From: an uncultured Alphaproteobacteria bacterium
Lineage (GTDB): Bacteria > Pseudomonadota > Alphaproteobacteria > Dongiales > Dongiaceae
Reading direction: 5' to 3'
Length of the DNA stretch: 64,000 nt
Assembly: GCA_963849845.1 (NCBI GenBank)
Contig: CAWKIJ010000008.1
Coordinates: forward strand, 430-64,429
Part shown: positions 24,142 through 33,562 of the stretch, one piece after another
Numbering within the stretch: the stretch's first letter is position 1
How the letters are laid out: each line of letters opens with the position of its first letter
Notes under the pieces: generated by a model
The model's database searches: none
Told to the model about the DNA's origin: nothing
What the model saw: only the letters and a program-made list of their open reading frames with translations
Made by a program: the position numbers and the translations under genes

Positions 24142-26115
24142 CTAGTTTTCCGGCAGTCCGAGCCGCATCCGCATCCGGCGGGCGGCGCCGACCATCAGGC
24201 GGTCGGCGACAATGCCCAGGAACGCGATGCAGAGGCCGGCAACGATGCCGCGCCCGCCGTCTGCCTTGGCAAGGGAGATGAAGACCTCCTGGCCGAGATC
24301 ACGTGTTCCGACCAGGGCCGTGATCACCAGCATCGCCAAGGCCATCAGGACGGTCTGGTTGATGCCGAGCATGATCTCCGGCATGGCAAGCGGTAGCTGC
24401 ACCCGCCAGAACATCTGGCGCCGGGTGCATCCCATGGCGGACGATGCCTCCAGCAGATGCGGCGGCACCTGCCTGATCCCGTGAGTCGTGTAGCGGATCG
24501 CAGGCGCCACGGCAAACAGCACGATCGCAATCATCGCCGTCACGTCACCGACCCGGAACAGCATCACCACGGCGATCAGGTAGACGAAGCTCGGCAGGGT
24601 CTGCAGGGTGTCGACGATCACCTTGAGCACCTGGTCGACGGCGGCATTGCGCGCACCCCAGGCACCGAGCGCGATCCCGATGACGGCCGAAATGAAGGCC
24701 GAGATCGAGCAGAGATAGACCGTGATCATGGTCTTTTCCCATTGCCCGGTTACGGCGGGGAACAGCATGAGCAGTCCGACCAGCAGAGCCAGGCGCCACC
24801 CGCCGAGCTGAAAGCCGAGAAGCGCGATGGCGGATACCACAAATACCCAGGGCAGGTCCAGCAGGAGCGCCTTGATCGGATTGAGGATGTTGAGCAGGAC
24901 CCAGGTCCGCGCCGCATCGATCGTGTCGAAATAATTGATATTGATCCAGGCCACCAGATCGTCGGCATAAGGACCCGGCTTCACCGTCCATTCTGTCGGA
25001 ATGTTGGCCAGGCCCGGAACGCCAAGGCTGAGCAGGGTGGTGAGTGCCAGCCAGGCGATCGACGCCACGAGATAAGGGTGACGCTGCAACAGCCCGGCCC
25101 CCGGCGGCAGCGGCACGAAGGAACTCCGCGCCGCCGAGGCGCTGATGCGGTCAAGGGAGATTGCGACCGCCGAAATGGCGAAGCCGGCGACGAGGCCCTT
25201 GCCGATATCGAGCTGGCGCAATGCCATGAGCACGTCGAAGCCGAGGCCGCCGGCGCCGATCATCGACGCAATGATGACCATGTTCAGGGTCATCATGATC
25301 ACCTGGTTGATGCCGACCATCAGCAGCGGCTTTGCAGTCGGCATCATGACCCGCCAGAGCTTCTGGCGCCGGGTGCACCCGGCCATGTCGGCAAAGGACT
25401 GGATCTCCTCTGGAACCTGCTCGAGTGCCAGCTTGGTCGCCCGCACCATCGGCGGTGCCGCGAAAATGATGGTGGCGATCAGCGCAGGAACGGGCCCCGA
25501 GCCGAACAGCAGCAGTACCGGCACCAGATAGGCGAAGGCCGGCATGGTCTGCGCAAGATCCAGGGACGGGCGGACGAACCAGGTATCGACCGCCGGAATG
25601 CGATAGGCGAGGATGCCGAGAAACGCGCCGACGGCAACGCCGAAGGGCGCACATATGATCACCGAGGCCAGGGTGAGCATCGCGCTGTCCCATTGCCCGA
25701 AGAAGGCGATATAGGCGAAACAGACGAAGCTCACGACGGCACCGCGCAGGCCGCCGAAGGCCATTCCGGCCAGAGTAAAGGCGCCGACGACCCCCAGCCA
25801 CGAAAGACGCGGAAACAACACCTCCTGGCCGTTCAGGGTGAAACCCTTGGCTAAGGCCGCCTGCACCAGGCGCAGCGGGAAGTCCATTATCGCTGCAAGC
25901 GCGCGCGAGAATGGCTGAAGATTGTCGACGCTCCACTTGACAGCGGCACCGATCCATTTGCCGAAGGGGATCACCAGGGCTTTCGGATATTTCACCGCCC
26001 AGCCGAAAATCTCGGGGTGGAGTGTCATGAAAAGCGCCAGGGCGAACAGCACCAGCCAGAACAGCCAGTAGTAGGAGCGCGGCGTGGCGCGCCATCTGAC
26101 CGCGATATCCGTCAT
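24142..26115 (-). CDS. Glycine betaine/proline-type ABC permease, fused double ProW-like
   Basis: 657 aa and highly hydrophobic, with two tandem permease modules (SFADMAGCTRRQKLWRVMMP and EASSAMGCTRRQMFWRVQLP). Its start overlaps the upstream ATPase stop by 4 nt. Confidence 0.85.
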   Translation of the reverse strand: MTDIAVRWRATPRSYYWLFWLVLFALALFMTLHPEIFGWAVKYPKALVIPFGKWIGAAVKWSVDNLQPFSRALAAIMDFPLRLVQAALAKGFTLNGQEVLFPRLSWLGVVGAFTLAGMAFGGLRGAVVSFVCFAYIAFFGQWDSAMLTLASVIICAPFGVAVGAFLGILAYRIPAVDTWFVRPSLDLAQTMPAFAYLVPVLLLFGSGPVPALIATIIFAAPPMVRATKLALEQVPEEIQSFADMAGCTRRQKLWRVMMPTAKPLLMVGINQVIMMTLNMVIIASMIGAGGLGFDVLMALRQLDIGKGLVAGFAISAVAISLDRISASAARSSFVPLPPGAGLLQRHPYLVASIAWLALTTLLSLGVPGLANIPTEWTVKPGPYADDLVAWININYFDTIDAARTWVLLNILNPIKALLLDLPWVFVVSAIALLGFQLGGWRLALLVGLLMLFPAVTGQWEKTMITVYLCSISAFISAVIGIALGAWGARNAAVDQVLKVIVDTLQTLPSFVYLIAVVMLFRVGDVTAMIAIVLFAVAPAIRYTTHGIRQVPPHLLEASSAMGCTRRQMFWRVQLPLAMPEIMLGINQTVLMALAMLVITALVGTRDLGQEVFISLAKADGGRGIVAGLCIAFLGIVADRLMVGAARRMRMRLGLPEN

Positions 26116-27185
26116 AGGCGCGCGTCTTTGCCGATCAGGGTGTCGATCACGGATTGCAGCGCCAGCGTGCCGATCACCTTGCCGGTGTCGTCGATGACCG
26201 AGCAGGGCTGGCCGGCATTGATCATGCCGGGCGCCAGATCGGCGATCTTGTCGGCGGCGTTCACCTGGCGATCGGGAGCCACGCCATTGACCGGACCCAT
26301 GATGCTGCGGGCCGTCACCACTTTGGCGCGCTGCACGTTGCGGGTGAACGCGGCGACATAGTCGGTCGCCGGATTGAGTACCAGCTGCTCCGGCGTCCCG
26401 ATCTGGATCACCGATCCGTCCTTCATGATGGCGATCCGGTCGGCCAGCTTGATCGCCTCATCGAAGTCGTGGGTGACGAAGATCATGGTCTTCTTCAGCA
26501 CCTTCTGCAGGCGGATGAGCTCGTCCTGCATCTCGCCGCGGATCAGCGGATCGAGAGCGGAGAACGGCTCGTCGAGGAACCACAGTTCCGGCTTCACCGC
26601 GAGGCTGCGGGCGATGCCGACGCGCTGCTGCTGGCCGCCAGAAAGCTGCGTTGGATAGGCGCCTTCGCGTCCACCGAGGCCGACCAGGTCGATGACCTCC
26701 CGGGCGCGTGCTTCGCGTTCCATCTTGCTGACACTCTGGATCGCCAGCGGAAACGCGACATTGTCGAGGACGGAGAGATGCGGCAGCAGGGCAAAATGCT
26801 GGAAAACCATGCCCATCTTGTGGCGGCGAATGTCGATCAGTTCGGCCTCGCTGGCCTTCAGCAGGTCGCGGCCCTCAAGCAGGACTTCGCCGGCCGTGGG
26901 CTCGATCAGCCGGGACATGCAGCGCAACAGGGTCGACTTGCCGGACCCGGAAAGGCCCATGACGATGAATATCTCGCCCTCGCCGATCTCCACCGTGACA
27001 TCGCGCACGCCGGCCATCAATCCATGCGCCTTGAGGGCGTCCGGCGTCGGTGCGGGATTGGCAGCCATGAAGGCCTCGGCGCCACGGCCGAAGACCTTCC
27101 AGATGCCGCGGCAGGCCAGCTTTACGTTACCGCCGTCAGTCATGTCCACAATCTCATATGCAGGGGAGGCGCCAGGGGCGGGCAT
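26112..27185 (-). CDS. Glycine betaine/proline-type ABC ATP-binding protein, ProV-like with CBS-type C-terminus
   Basis: Walker A is GLSGSGKST, the signature is LSGGQQQRVGIARSL and Walker B is WFLDEPFSALD. An alternative start is ATG 27143 (MTDGGNVKL). Confidence 0.9.
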   Translation of the reverse strand: MPAPGASPAYEIVDMTDGGNVKLACRGIWKVFGRGAEAFMAANPAPTPDALKAHGLMAGVRDVTVEIGEGEIFIVMGLSGSGKSTLLRCMSRLIEPTAGEVLLEGRDLLKASEAELIDIRRHKMGMVFQHFALLPHLSVLDNVAFPLAIQSVSKMEREARAREVIDLVGLGGREGAYPTQLSGGQQQRVGIARSLAVKPELWFLDEPFSALDPLIRGEMQDELIRLQKVLKKTMIFVTHDFDEAIKLADRIAIMKDGSVIQIGTPEQLVLNPATDYVAAFTRNVQRAKVVTARSIMGPVNGVAPDRQVNAADKIADLAPGMINAGQPCSVIDDTGKVIGTLALQSVIDTLIGKDARL

Positions 27186-27269
27186 CCTGCCGGCTTCGCC
27201 TGCCGACAGGATGCTCCTGCTTCCCGGTTAACGTCCGGTGGCACCATCTCCAGGCGCCACCTGCGGGGC

Positions 27270-28241
27270 CTAGTTCGCCCAGCCGTCTATGGTGCTCTGG
27301 TTCTTGGCGATCCAGGCGTCGGCCACGTCTTCGATCGTCTTCTTGTCGAGGTCGACCTGGCCCGAAAGCGCGTTGAGATCGTCGGTCGGGATCGTGTAGT
27401 TCTTCGCGATCTTGTAGGCGACCGGCCACTTGTCCTTCATGCCGCCCCAGACATATTTCCAGATCTCGCCATGCGGCTTGCCGCAGTCATGGGCGAGGTC
27501 CGGATTGATGCCCCATTTCGGATCACTGTAGCATTCCGGCGTGTATTCCGGGAACTGGACCCATTCGCCCTTGTACTTCGACGGCGCCCAATGCGGGCTG
27601 TAGATCCACAGCATGATCGGCGCCTTGCGCTGATAGGCGGACTTGAGTTCGGCAAACATCGCCGCATCGGTTCCGGCATGCACCACTTCGAAGGGCAGGC
27701 CAAGGGCCTCGACCCGTTCATCGTCGAATCCCTCCCAGGTGACCGGCCCGCCAAGGTACCGCCCCTTGGGCGCCGTCTCTGGTGTCGAGAAGGCCTCGGC
27801 GCATTTCGGGTCCTTCAGCGCGTTCCAGTCCGGCAGGCCCGGGCACTTCTCCTTCATGTATTCCGGAAACCACCATTCTTCCTTGGCCTTTGGCCCGAGC
27901 ATGCCGGCACGCTCCGCTTTGCCGCTGTCGTCGGCCGCCTTCATCGCCTCGCCGGCGGTGGTGTCCCAGAATTCCATGCCGACCGTGAGGTCGCCGGTCT
28001 GCAGACCGGTCTGCAGGCTGGAGAGATAGTCAGAAGTCACGTACTCGACATTGTAGCCGCGCGCTTTCAGGATCTTCCCGAGAATCGTCGCGTTGATGTT
28101 GACGCTGGTCCAATCGAACAGCGCGATCTTGATCGGGTCGGAGCTTTCGGGGGTTTGCGCCTGGACGGCGCCGGACCCGACACCGGCAAGCGCTAATGTC
28201 ATCACAGCGGCGCCAGCCACGCCGCGCAGCGAGTTCAGCAT
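27270..28241 (-). CDS. Glycine betaine/choline-type ABC substrate-binding protein, ProX/OpuAC-like
   Basis: This lies within ORF 27270..28304. The preferred start is ATG 28241, giving the signal peptide MLNSLRGVAGAAVMTLALAGVGSGAVQA. The mature protein is Trp-rich and the gene sits in an operon with ProV/ProW-like genes. Confidence 0.8.
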   Translation of the reverse strand: MLNSLRGVAGAAVMTLALAGVGSGAVQAQTPESSDPIKIALFDWTSVNINATILGKILKARGYNVEYVTSDYLSSLQTGLQTGDLTVGMEFWDTTAGEAMKAADDSGKAERAGMLGPKAKEEWWFPEYMKEKCPGLPDWNALKDPKCAEAFSTPETAPKGRYLGGPVTWEGFDDERVEALGLPFEVVHAGTDAAMFAELKSAYQRKAPIMLWIYSPHWAPSKYKGEWVQFPEYTPECYSDPKWGINPDLAHDCGKPHGEIWKYVWGGMKDKWPVAYKIAKNYTIPTDDLNALSGQVDLDKKTIEDVADAWIAKNQSTIDGWAN

Positions 28242-28372
28242 TTCATGTCTCCCAAAACGAAGTTGCCAAAGCTGTATATGCGCGGCTCTTTGCGGCCACT
28301 GCAATTCAACATCAAAGTCTATTCACCGCTGATAAATCAAGCGAAAATTGGTCAATTCGTGTGGCTTCAGTG

Positions 28373-30166
28373 TCAAAAATGCTCTGGAGCCAGTGCGAGC
28401 GTGCTGGCTGCACCGGTAGTGACCTGGGCGGCCAGACTGGCGGCACCCGGCAGGATATTGTCGGCATAGAAGCGGGCGGTAATGATCTTTGCCTCGGAAA
28501 AGCCCCGGTCCCCGGTGTTCTCTGCGATCCGGCGGGCGGCCGCAACAGCCCCCCGCGCCAGCAACCAGCCGCCCAATATGGTGCCGACCAGGCCAAGAAA
28601 CGGCGTCGCAACGGCCAGGGCCGCCTTCATGTCGCGTTTGCCCTCGATCAGCAGGTGGTCGACCGCGGTGGTCAGCAGGTGCAGGTTTGGCGCCAGCCGC
28701 TCCTTCATGGCCCGCAGATCTTCGCTGCCGAAGGTCGAGATGTCCTCGAGGCCGCCGGCCATCGCCGTCAGCAGGCCATGCATCGCCTCGCCGCCGTCGC
28801 GCAGGAGCTTCCGGCCAAGAAGATCGATGGCCTGGATGCCGTTGGTGCCCTCGTAGATCGAGGCTATGCGCGCATCGCGATAATATTGCGCTGCGCCTGT
28901 CGCCTCGATGAAGCCCATTCCGCCATGGATCTGGACGCCGATCGAGGCCACCCGTTCGCCCTGATCCGTGCACCAGGCCTTGGCCACCGGAATCAGCAGA
29001 TCGGTCAGGGCCTGATGGCGCTTGCGCGCGCCCGGATCGGGATCGCGCTTGGCGCGGTCCAGGGCCCCGGCGGTGAAATAGGCGATCGAGCGCATCGCTT
29101 CGGTCAGGGCCCGCATGGTCATCAGGTTCCGCCGAATGTCGGGGTGGTGCAGGATCGGCAGGCCGGCACCGGCCGGTGCACCGATGACGGTACTCTGGAC
29201 CCGCGCCTTGGCATAGCCAACCGCCTGCTGGTAGGCGCGATCGGCGATCGCCAGTCCCTGCACCCCCACCGCCAGACGCGCGTTATTCATCATGGTGAAC
29301 ATGTATTCGAGTCCGGCATGCGGTTCGCCCACCAGGTCGCCCAGGGCACCGTCGCCGTCGCCATAGGCCATGGTGCAGGTCGGCGAGGCGTGGATGCCGA
29401 GCTTGTGTTCGATCGAGACGCAGCGCAGATCGTTGTGGGCGCCGAGACTGCCGTCCGGCTTGATCAGATACTTGGGAACGATGAAGAGCGAGATTCCCTT
29501 GGAACCCCTCGGCGCGTCCGGCAGCCGCGCGAGCACCAAGTGAACGATGTTCTCGGCCAGGTCGTGTTCGCCATAGGTGATGAAGATCTTCTGGCCCTTG
29601 ATGCGATAGCGATCCCCGTCCGGCGTGGCTTTGGTCTTGATCGCGCCGAGATCCGAACCGGCCTGGGGCTCGGTGAGGTTCATCGTGCCGGTCCATTTCC
29701 CGGCGATCATGTTGGCCAGATAGGTGGCTTTCTGCTGTGCGCTCCCATGCACCTGCAGGGCTTCGATGGCGCCCTGGGTCAGCAGGGGGCAAAGGGCGAA
29801 GGACATATTGGCGGCGTTCCACATCTCCTGCAGCGCCGTGGTCAGTGCCCAGGGCATGCCTTGCCCGCCGAATTCCGGATCGAAGGCGACGGAGTTCCAC
29901 CCGGCTTCGCCAAACTGGCGATAGGCCTCGGGGAAGCCGTCCGGCGTAGCGACCTTGCCGTTTTCGGCGCGGCTGCCCTGCTGATCGCCGGAATAGTTGA
30001 GCGGTGCCAGGACCCCGCCGGCGAATTTCGCGGCTTCCTCGAGCACGGCGGCGACGGTATCGGGCGAGGCGTCCTGATAGCCAGGCAAGGCGGCGATTTC
30101 CGGCAGGCCGGCGATGTCCTGCAGGGTGAACAGGATGTCCTTGACCGGTGCAACATAGTCGCTCAT
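28373..30166 (-). CDS. Long acyl-CoA dehydrogenase (AidB/DmdC-type, about 600 aa)
   Basis: This lies within ORF 28373..30223. The preferred start is ATG 30166 (MSDYVAPVKDILFTL). ACAD motifs present are GTMNLTEPQAGSDL, KIFITYGEHD and YEGTNGIQAIDL. Confidence 0.85.
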   Translation of the reverse strand: MSDYVAPVKDILFTLQDIAGLPEIAALPGYQDASPDTVAAVLEEAAKFAGGVLAPLNYSGDQQGSRAENGKVATPDGFPEAYRQFGEAGWNSVAFDPEFGGQGMPWALTTALQEMWNAANMSFALCPLLTQGAIEALQVHGSAQQKATYLANMIAGKWTGTMNLTEPQAGSDLGAIKTKATPDGDRYRIKGQKIFITYGEHDLAENIVHLVLARLPDAPRGSKGISLFIVPKYLIKPDGSLGAHNDLRCVSIEHKLGIHASPTCTMAYGDGDGALGDLVGEPHAGLEYMFTMMNNARLAVGVQGLAIADRAYQQAVGYAKARVQSTVIGAPAGAGLPILHHPDIRRNLMTMRALTEAMRSIAYFTAGALDRAKRDPDPGARKRHQALTDLLIPVAKAWCTDQGERVASIGVQIHGGMGFIEATGAAQYYRDARIASIYEGTNGIQAIDLLGRKLLRDGGEAMHGLLTAMAGGLEDISTFGSEDLRAMKERLAPNLHLLTTAVDHLLIEGKRDMKAALAVATPFLGLVGTILGGWLLARGAVAAARRIAENTGDRGFSEAKIITARFYADNILPGAASLAAQVTTGAASTLALAPEHF

Positions 30167-30230
30167 GCGCCCTCTCCGGGAATCGAGTCTCGGGAATGAT
30201 GCGCTGGATCCGCGGTCTTGCAAAGGGCGG

Positions 30231-31646
30231 TCAGAGCAGCTTCCCGGGATTTATCAGATTGTCGGGATCCAAGACCCGCTTGATCCGGCGCATCAGGTCG
30301 ACCGCCGTCGGCGACTTGTAGGTCGCGAGTTCGTCGCGCCGCAGCTGCCCGATGCCATGCTCGGCGCTGACGCTGCCGTCGAAGATGGCGACGATGTCGT
30401 GCACCAGGCGGTTGAGCTCCGGGGTCCGTGCCTGGAATGCGGCATTGTCCCAGGCTGGCGGCGGCGTCAGGTTGAAATGGATGTTGCCGTCGCCCAGATG
30501 GCCGAAGGGAACGATCCCGATCATCGGATCGAGGGCGTGCAGCGCGTGACTGGCGGTGCGGATGAAGGACGGCACGTCGGCGACCTTGACCGCGATATCG
30601 TGCTTCACGCTGCCGCCCCGCAGGCGCTGGCCTTCGACGATCGCTTCGCGCAGCCGCCAAAGGTCGCTGCGCCGGGCCTCGGTCTCGGCGATGACGGCAT
30701 CCAGGATGAGGCCGTCGGCCATCGCCTCGCCGAGCGCCCGCTCGACGGCGTTCTCCAGATCGACCTCGACCGCGCTGGTTGCCGCCTCGATCAGCACGAA
30801 GTAGTCGTGGCGCTCCGGGATCGGATTGGAGGTGCCGGGAACGAACCGCAACGCAAGGTCGATGCCGGTGAGCGGAATGAGCTCGAAACTCACCAGCTGG
30901 TCGGCGCTGGCGGCACGGCATCTGTTCAGGAGCTCGATGCTGGCCTCGAGATCGCGCAAGGCGGCAAAGGCGGCCACCCGCTTGTGCAGCTTGGGGTGGA
31001 GCTTGAGCACCGCCGCGGTGATGATCCCCAGCGTGCCCTCGGAGCCGATGAAAAGCTGTTTGAGATCGTAGCCGGTATTGTCCTTGCGCAGGCCCTTGAG
31101 ATCGCCGAGGACCTGCCCGTCCGGCAGCACGACTTCGAGGCCCAGCGTGAGGTCCCGCATGTTGCCGTAACGCAGCACGTTGATGCCCCCTGCATTGGTC
31201 GCGAGGTTGCCGCCGATCTGGCAGCTGCCCTCGGCACCGAGGCTCAGGGGAAAGAACTGGTCGATGGCCTCGGCCGCCTGCTGGATGCTGGCGAGAATGC
31301 AGCCGGCTTCGACGGTGATGGTGTGATTGAGCGGATCGACGGCGCGGACCCGGTTCATGCGCCGCAGGTTGACCAGCAGGGCGCCGCCGCTGCCGTCGGG
31401 CGTGGCGCCGCCGACCAGGCCGGTATTGCCGCCTTGCGGCACGATCGCGACCCGGTAGCGCGCGGCCAGCTTGACGGTCGCTGCGACCTCGGCGGTGCTG
31501 GCGGGGCGGGCGAGGGCGAGGGCGCGCCCGGTGAAGACCCCGCGCCAGTCGGTGAGGTGCGGGCCGAGGGCGTCCGCGTCGGTGGCCAGGCCCTTCGGCC
31601 CGAGGAGCTCTTCGAGCTCGGCAAGGAATGCGTCACTGTCGGTCAT
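30231..31646 (-). CDS. FAD-linked oxidase (D-2-hydroxyacid/D-lactate dehydrogenase, GlcD-like)
   Basis: This lies within ORF 30231..31745. The preferred start is ATG 31646 (MTDSDAFLAEL). The FAD_binding_4 signature is VAIVPQGGNTGLVGGA, and the C-terminus contains SAEHGIGQLRRDEL. Confidence 0.85.
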   Translation of the reverse strand: MTDSDAFLAELEELLGPKGLATDADALGPHLTDWRGVFTGRALALARPASTAEVAATVKLAARYRVAIVPQGGNTGLVGGATPDGSGGALLVNLRRMNRVRAVDPLNHTITVEAGCILASIQQAAEAIDQFFPLSLGAEGSCQIGGNLATNAGGINVLRYGNMRDLTLGLEVVLPDGQVLGDLKGLRKDNTGYDLKQLFIGSEGTLGIITAAVLKLHPKLHKRVAAFAALRDLEASIELLNRCRAASADQLVSFELIPLTGIDLALRFVPGTSNPIPERHDYFVLIEAATSAVEVDLENAVERALGEAMADGLILDAVIAETEARRSDLWRLREAIVEGQRLRGGSVKHDIAVKVADVPSFIRTASHALHALDPMIGIVPFGHLGDGNIHFNLTPPPAWDNAAFQARTPELNRLVHDIVAIFDGSVSAEHGIGQLRRDELATYKSPTAVDLMRRIKRVLDPDNLINPGKLL

Positions 31647-31692
31647 CCGCCCATCTTCCGCGAAGCCTCCGCGGGCGGCAAGCGCCCTCGGA

Positions 31693-32664
31693 TCAGGGTC
31701 GCGGTGCCGCGGCGCGGCGCAGCCGATCGTTGATCGCCAGGCCAAGGCCGGTTTCCGGGACCGGCATCACGGCGATGCCGACGGATCCCGGCCGGTCGAG
31801 GTCGCGCAGCATCGCGAAAAGGTTGGCGGCGGCCTCGGTGACGTCACCGGTAGCGCTGAGATTGAGCATCGCCGGCGCCGAGAGGCGGGTCGGCCCGAAG
31901 GCGAGAAGCGCCTCGCCGGGCCGGAGGTCGACGGCATTGATCCGGACCGGCAGTCGGGGCGCGTAATGGCTGACGAGCTGGCCGGGGCTGCGCAGCCCTG
32001 CCTTGGCGCTGTCGTCCGGATCGGCTTCCACCTCGATCGACCCAGCCAGCACCGCCTCGATCTCGGACCGGCTGACGCCCCCCGGCCGCAGCAACCGGGG
32101 GGCGTCATCGAGCAGGCTGAGAACCGTGGATTCCACCCCGATCCGGCAGGGCCCCCCATCCAGCACCATCGCGACCTTGTCACCGAGACCGGCGATGACG
32201 TGTTCGGCACGGGTCGGGCTGACGCCCCCGGAGGGATTGGCGCTGGGCCCGGCCAGCGGCAGGCCGCTCATCATCAGCAGCGCCTGGGCCACCGGATGCG
32301 CCGGTACCCGGAGCGCAACCGAATCCAGGCCGGCGCTGACCAGCAGGGATAGGGCGCAGTTTGTGCGACGCGGCAGGACCAGGGTCAGGGCGCCCGGCCA
32401 GAACCGCCGCGCCAGGGCCTCCGCCGCCGGGGAGACATCTGCATGCCGGGCGGCCTCCGCCAGGCTGCCGACATGGACGATCAGGGGATTGAAGGTCGGA
32501 CGGCCCTTGGCGGCATAGATCCCGGCGACGGCACGGTCGTTGGTGGCGTCCCCGGCGAGGCCATAGACGGTCTCGGTCGGGAAGCCCACCAGCTTCCCCG
32601 CCTGCAGGGCGCGGGCAGCCTCGGCCAGATGGCCAAGGGTCGGCTCCAGGATCGCCGCCGTCAT
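31693..32664 (-). CDS. tsaC: L-threonylcarbamoyladenylate synthase (Sua5/YwlC-type TsaC)
   Basis: This lies within ORF 31693..32802. The preferred start is ATG 32664, which overlaps the cysQ stop (ATGA). The signature is GKLVGFPTETVYGLAGDA, and a Sua5 C-terminal domain is present. Confidence 0.8.
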   Translation of the reverse strand: MTAAILEPTLGHLAEAARALQAGKLVGFPTETVYGLAGDATNDRAVAGIYAAKGRPTFNPLIVHVGSLAEAARHADVSPAAEALARRFWPGALTLVLPRRTNCALSLLVSAGLDSVALRVPAHPVAQALLMMSGLPLAGPSANPSGGVSPTRAEHVIAGLGDKVAMVLDGGPCRIGVESTVLSLLDDAPRLLRPGGVSRSEIEAVLAGSIEVEADPDDSAKAGLRSPGQLVSHYAPRLPVRINAVDLRPGEALLAFGPTRLSAPAMLNLSATGDVTEAAANLFAMLRDLDRPGSVGIAVMPVPETGLGLAINDRLRRAAAPRP

Positions 32665-33434
32665 CCTGCGGCACGCCTTCCGCGGGCGATGAAATGCGGG
32701 TTCCGCAGGCCCGGCTTCCCATAGCGCAAGGGATTCCCGTCCATGGTGGTCACCGAGCCGCCGGCATTCTCCAGGACCGCCTGGCCGGCCGCGGTGTCCC
32801 ATTCCATGGTCGGGCCGAAGCGGGGATAGAGATCGGCTGCACCTTCGGCGACCCGGCAGAATTTCAGCGAACTCCCGGCCACCACGGTGCCGGCGATGGG
32901 CTCCCCCATGGTTTCGGCCCGGGCCAGCTCCTGCGCCGCATGCGAGCGGCTGATGGTCATGATGGCGCCGGCGGCAGGGGTGGCGCGGACCGCGATCGGC
33001 TCCGGCGGCGCATCGCCGGTACGGCGCTCCGCCCGGCCGGCGACCCCCGCATAGGTGACGCCGAGGACCGGCAGGTGCACCACACCCAGCACCGGCACGC
33101 CATCCACGATCAGTGCGATATTCACCGTGAATTCGCCGTTGCGGGCGATGAATTCCTTGGTGCCGTCCAGGGGATCGACCAGCCAGAACACGGCTGCCGT
33201 CCCGGTCGGCAGCCCGTCCGCCGCGGCCTGTTCCTCGGCAACGACAGGGATCTCGGGGGTGAGGCGCGCAAGGCCGTCGAGAATGACCCGTTCCGCCGCC
33301 ACGTCCGCTTCCGTCACCGGGGAATGGTCCGCCTTGCGCTGCTGGGTGAAATCGCCCTGGTAAATGCGCAGGATCACCGCGCCGGCCTGGCGCGCGAGAT
33401 CCACCAATGCACCCGTCAGGGCCGTCTGATCCAT
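32661..33434 (-). CDS. cysQ: 3'(2'),5'-bisphosphate nucleotidase
   Basis: 257 aa with inositol-monophosphatase-family motifs (VTEADVAAE, WLVDPLDGTKEF, EWDTAAGQAVL). Confidence 0.85.
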   Translation of the reverse strand: MDQTALTGALVDLARQAGAVILRIYQGDFTQQRKADHSPVTEADVAAERVILDGLARLTPEIPVVAEEQAAADGLPTGTAAVFWLVDPLDGTKEFIARNGEFTVNIALIVDGVPVLGVVHLPVLGVTYAGVAGRAERRTGDAPPEPIAVRATPAAGAIMTISRSHAAQELARAETMGEPIAGTVVAGSSLKFCRVAEGAADLYPRFGPTMEWDTAAGQAVLENAGGSVTTMDGNPLRYGKPGLRNPHFIARGRRAAG

Positions 33435-33562
33435 GTGGCTGGGCTCGATCCGATGCTGCGCTGCGATATCGCGGGCATGTCTATAGGTCCCAAGCCCAGC
33501 CTGGCAAGGGCCCCGGTCAAGGCCTTGAACATGCTAGGAAATCCAGAAGAATCCAGCCGGAT

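Noticed and set aside
26154-30199. Two long plus-strand ORFs (26154..28196, 680 aa; 28196..30199, 667 aa) opposite the ProV/ProX-like and acyl-CoA dehydrogenase genes.
   Set aside because: They are shadow ORFs. The minus-strand products have Walker motifs, an SBP signal peptide and ACAD motifs. The plus-strand translations are R/G/D/H-rich without motifs. The same reasoning applies to 20350..21915, 34376..36355, 39532..41211, 46828..48240, 48083..49231 and 51591..52958.
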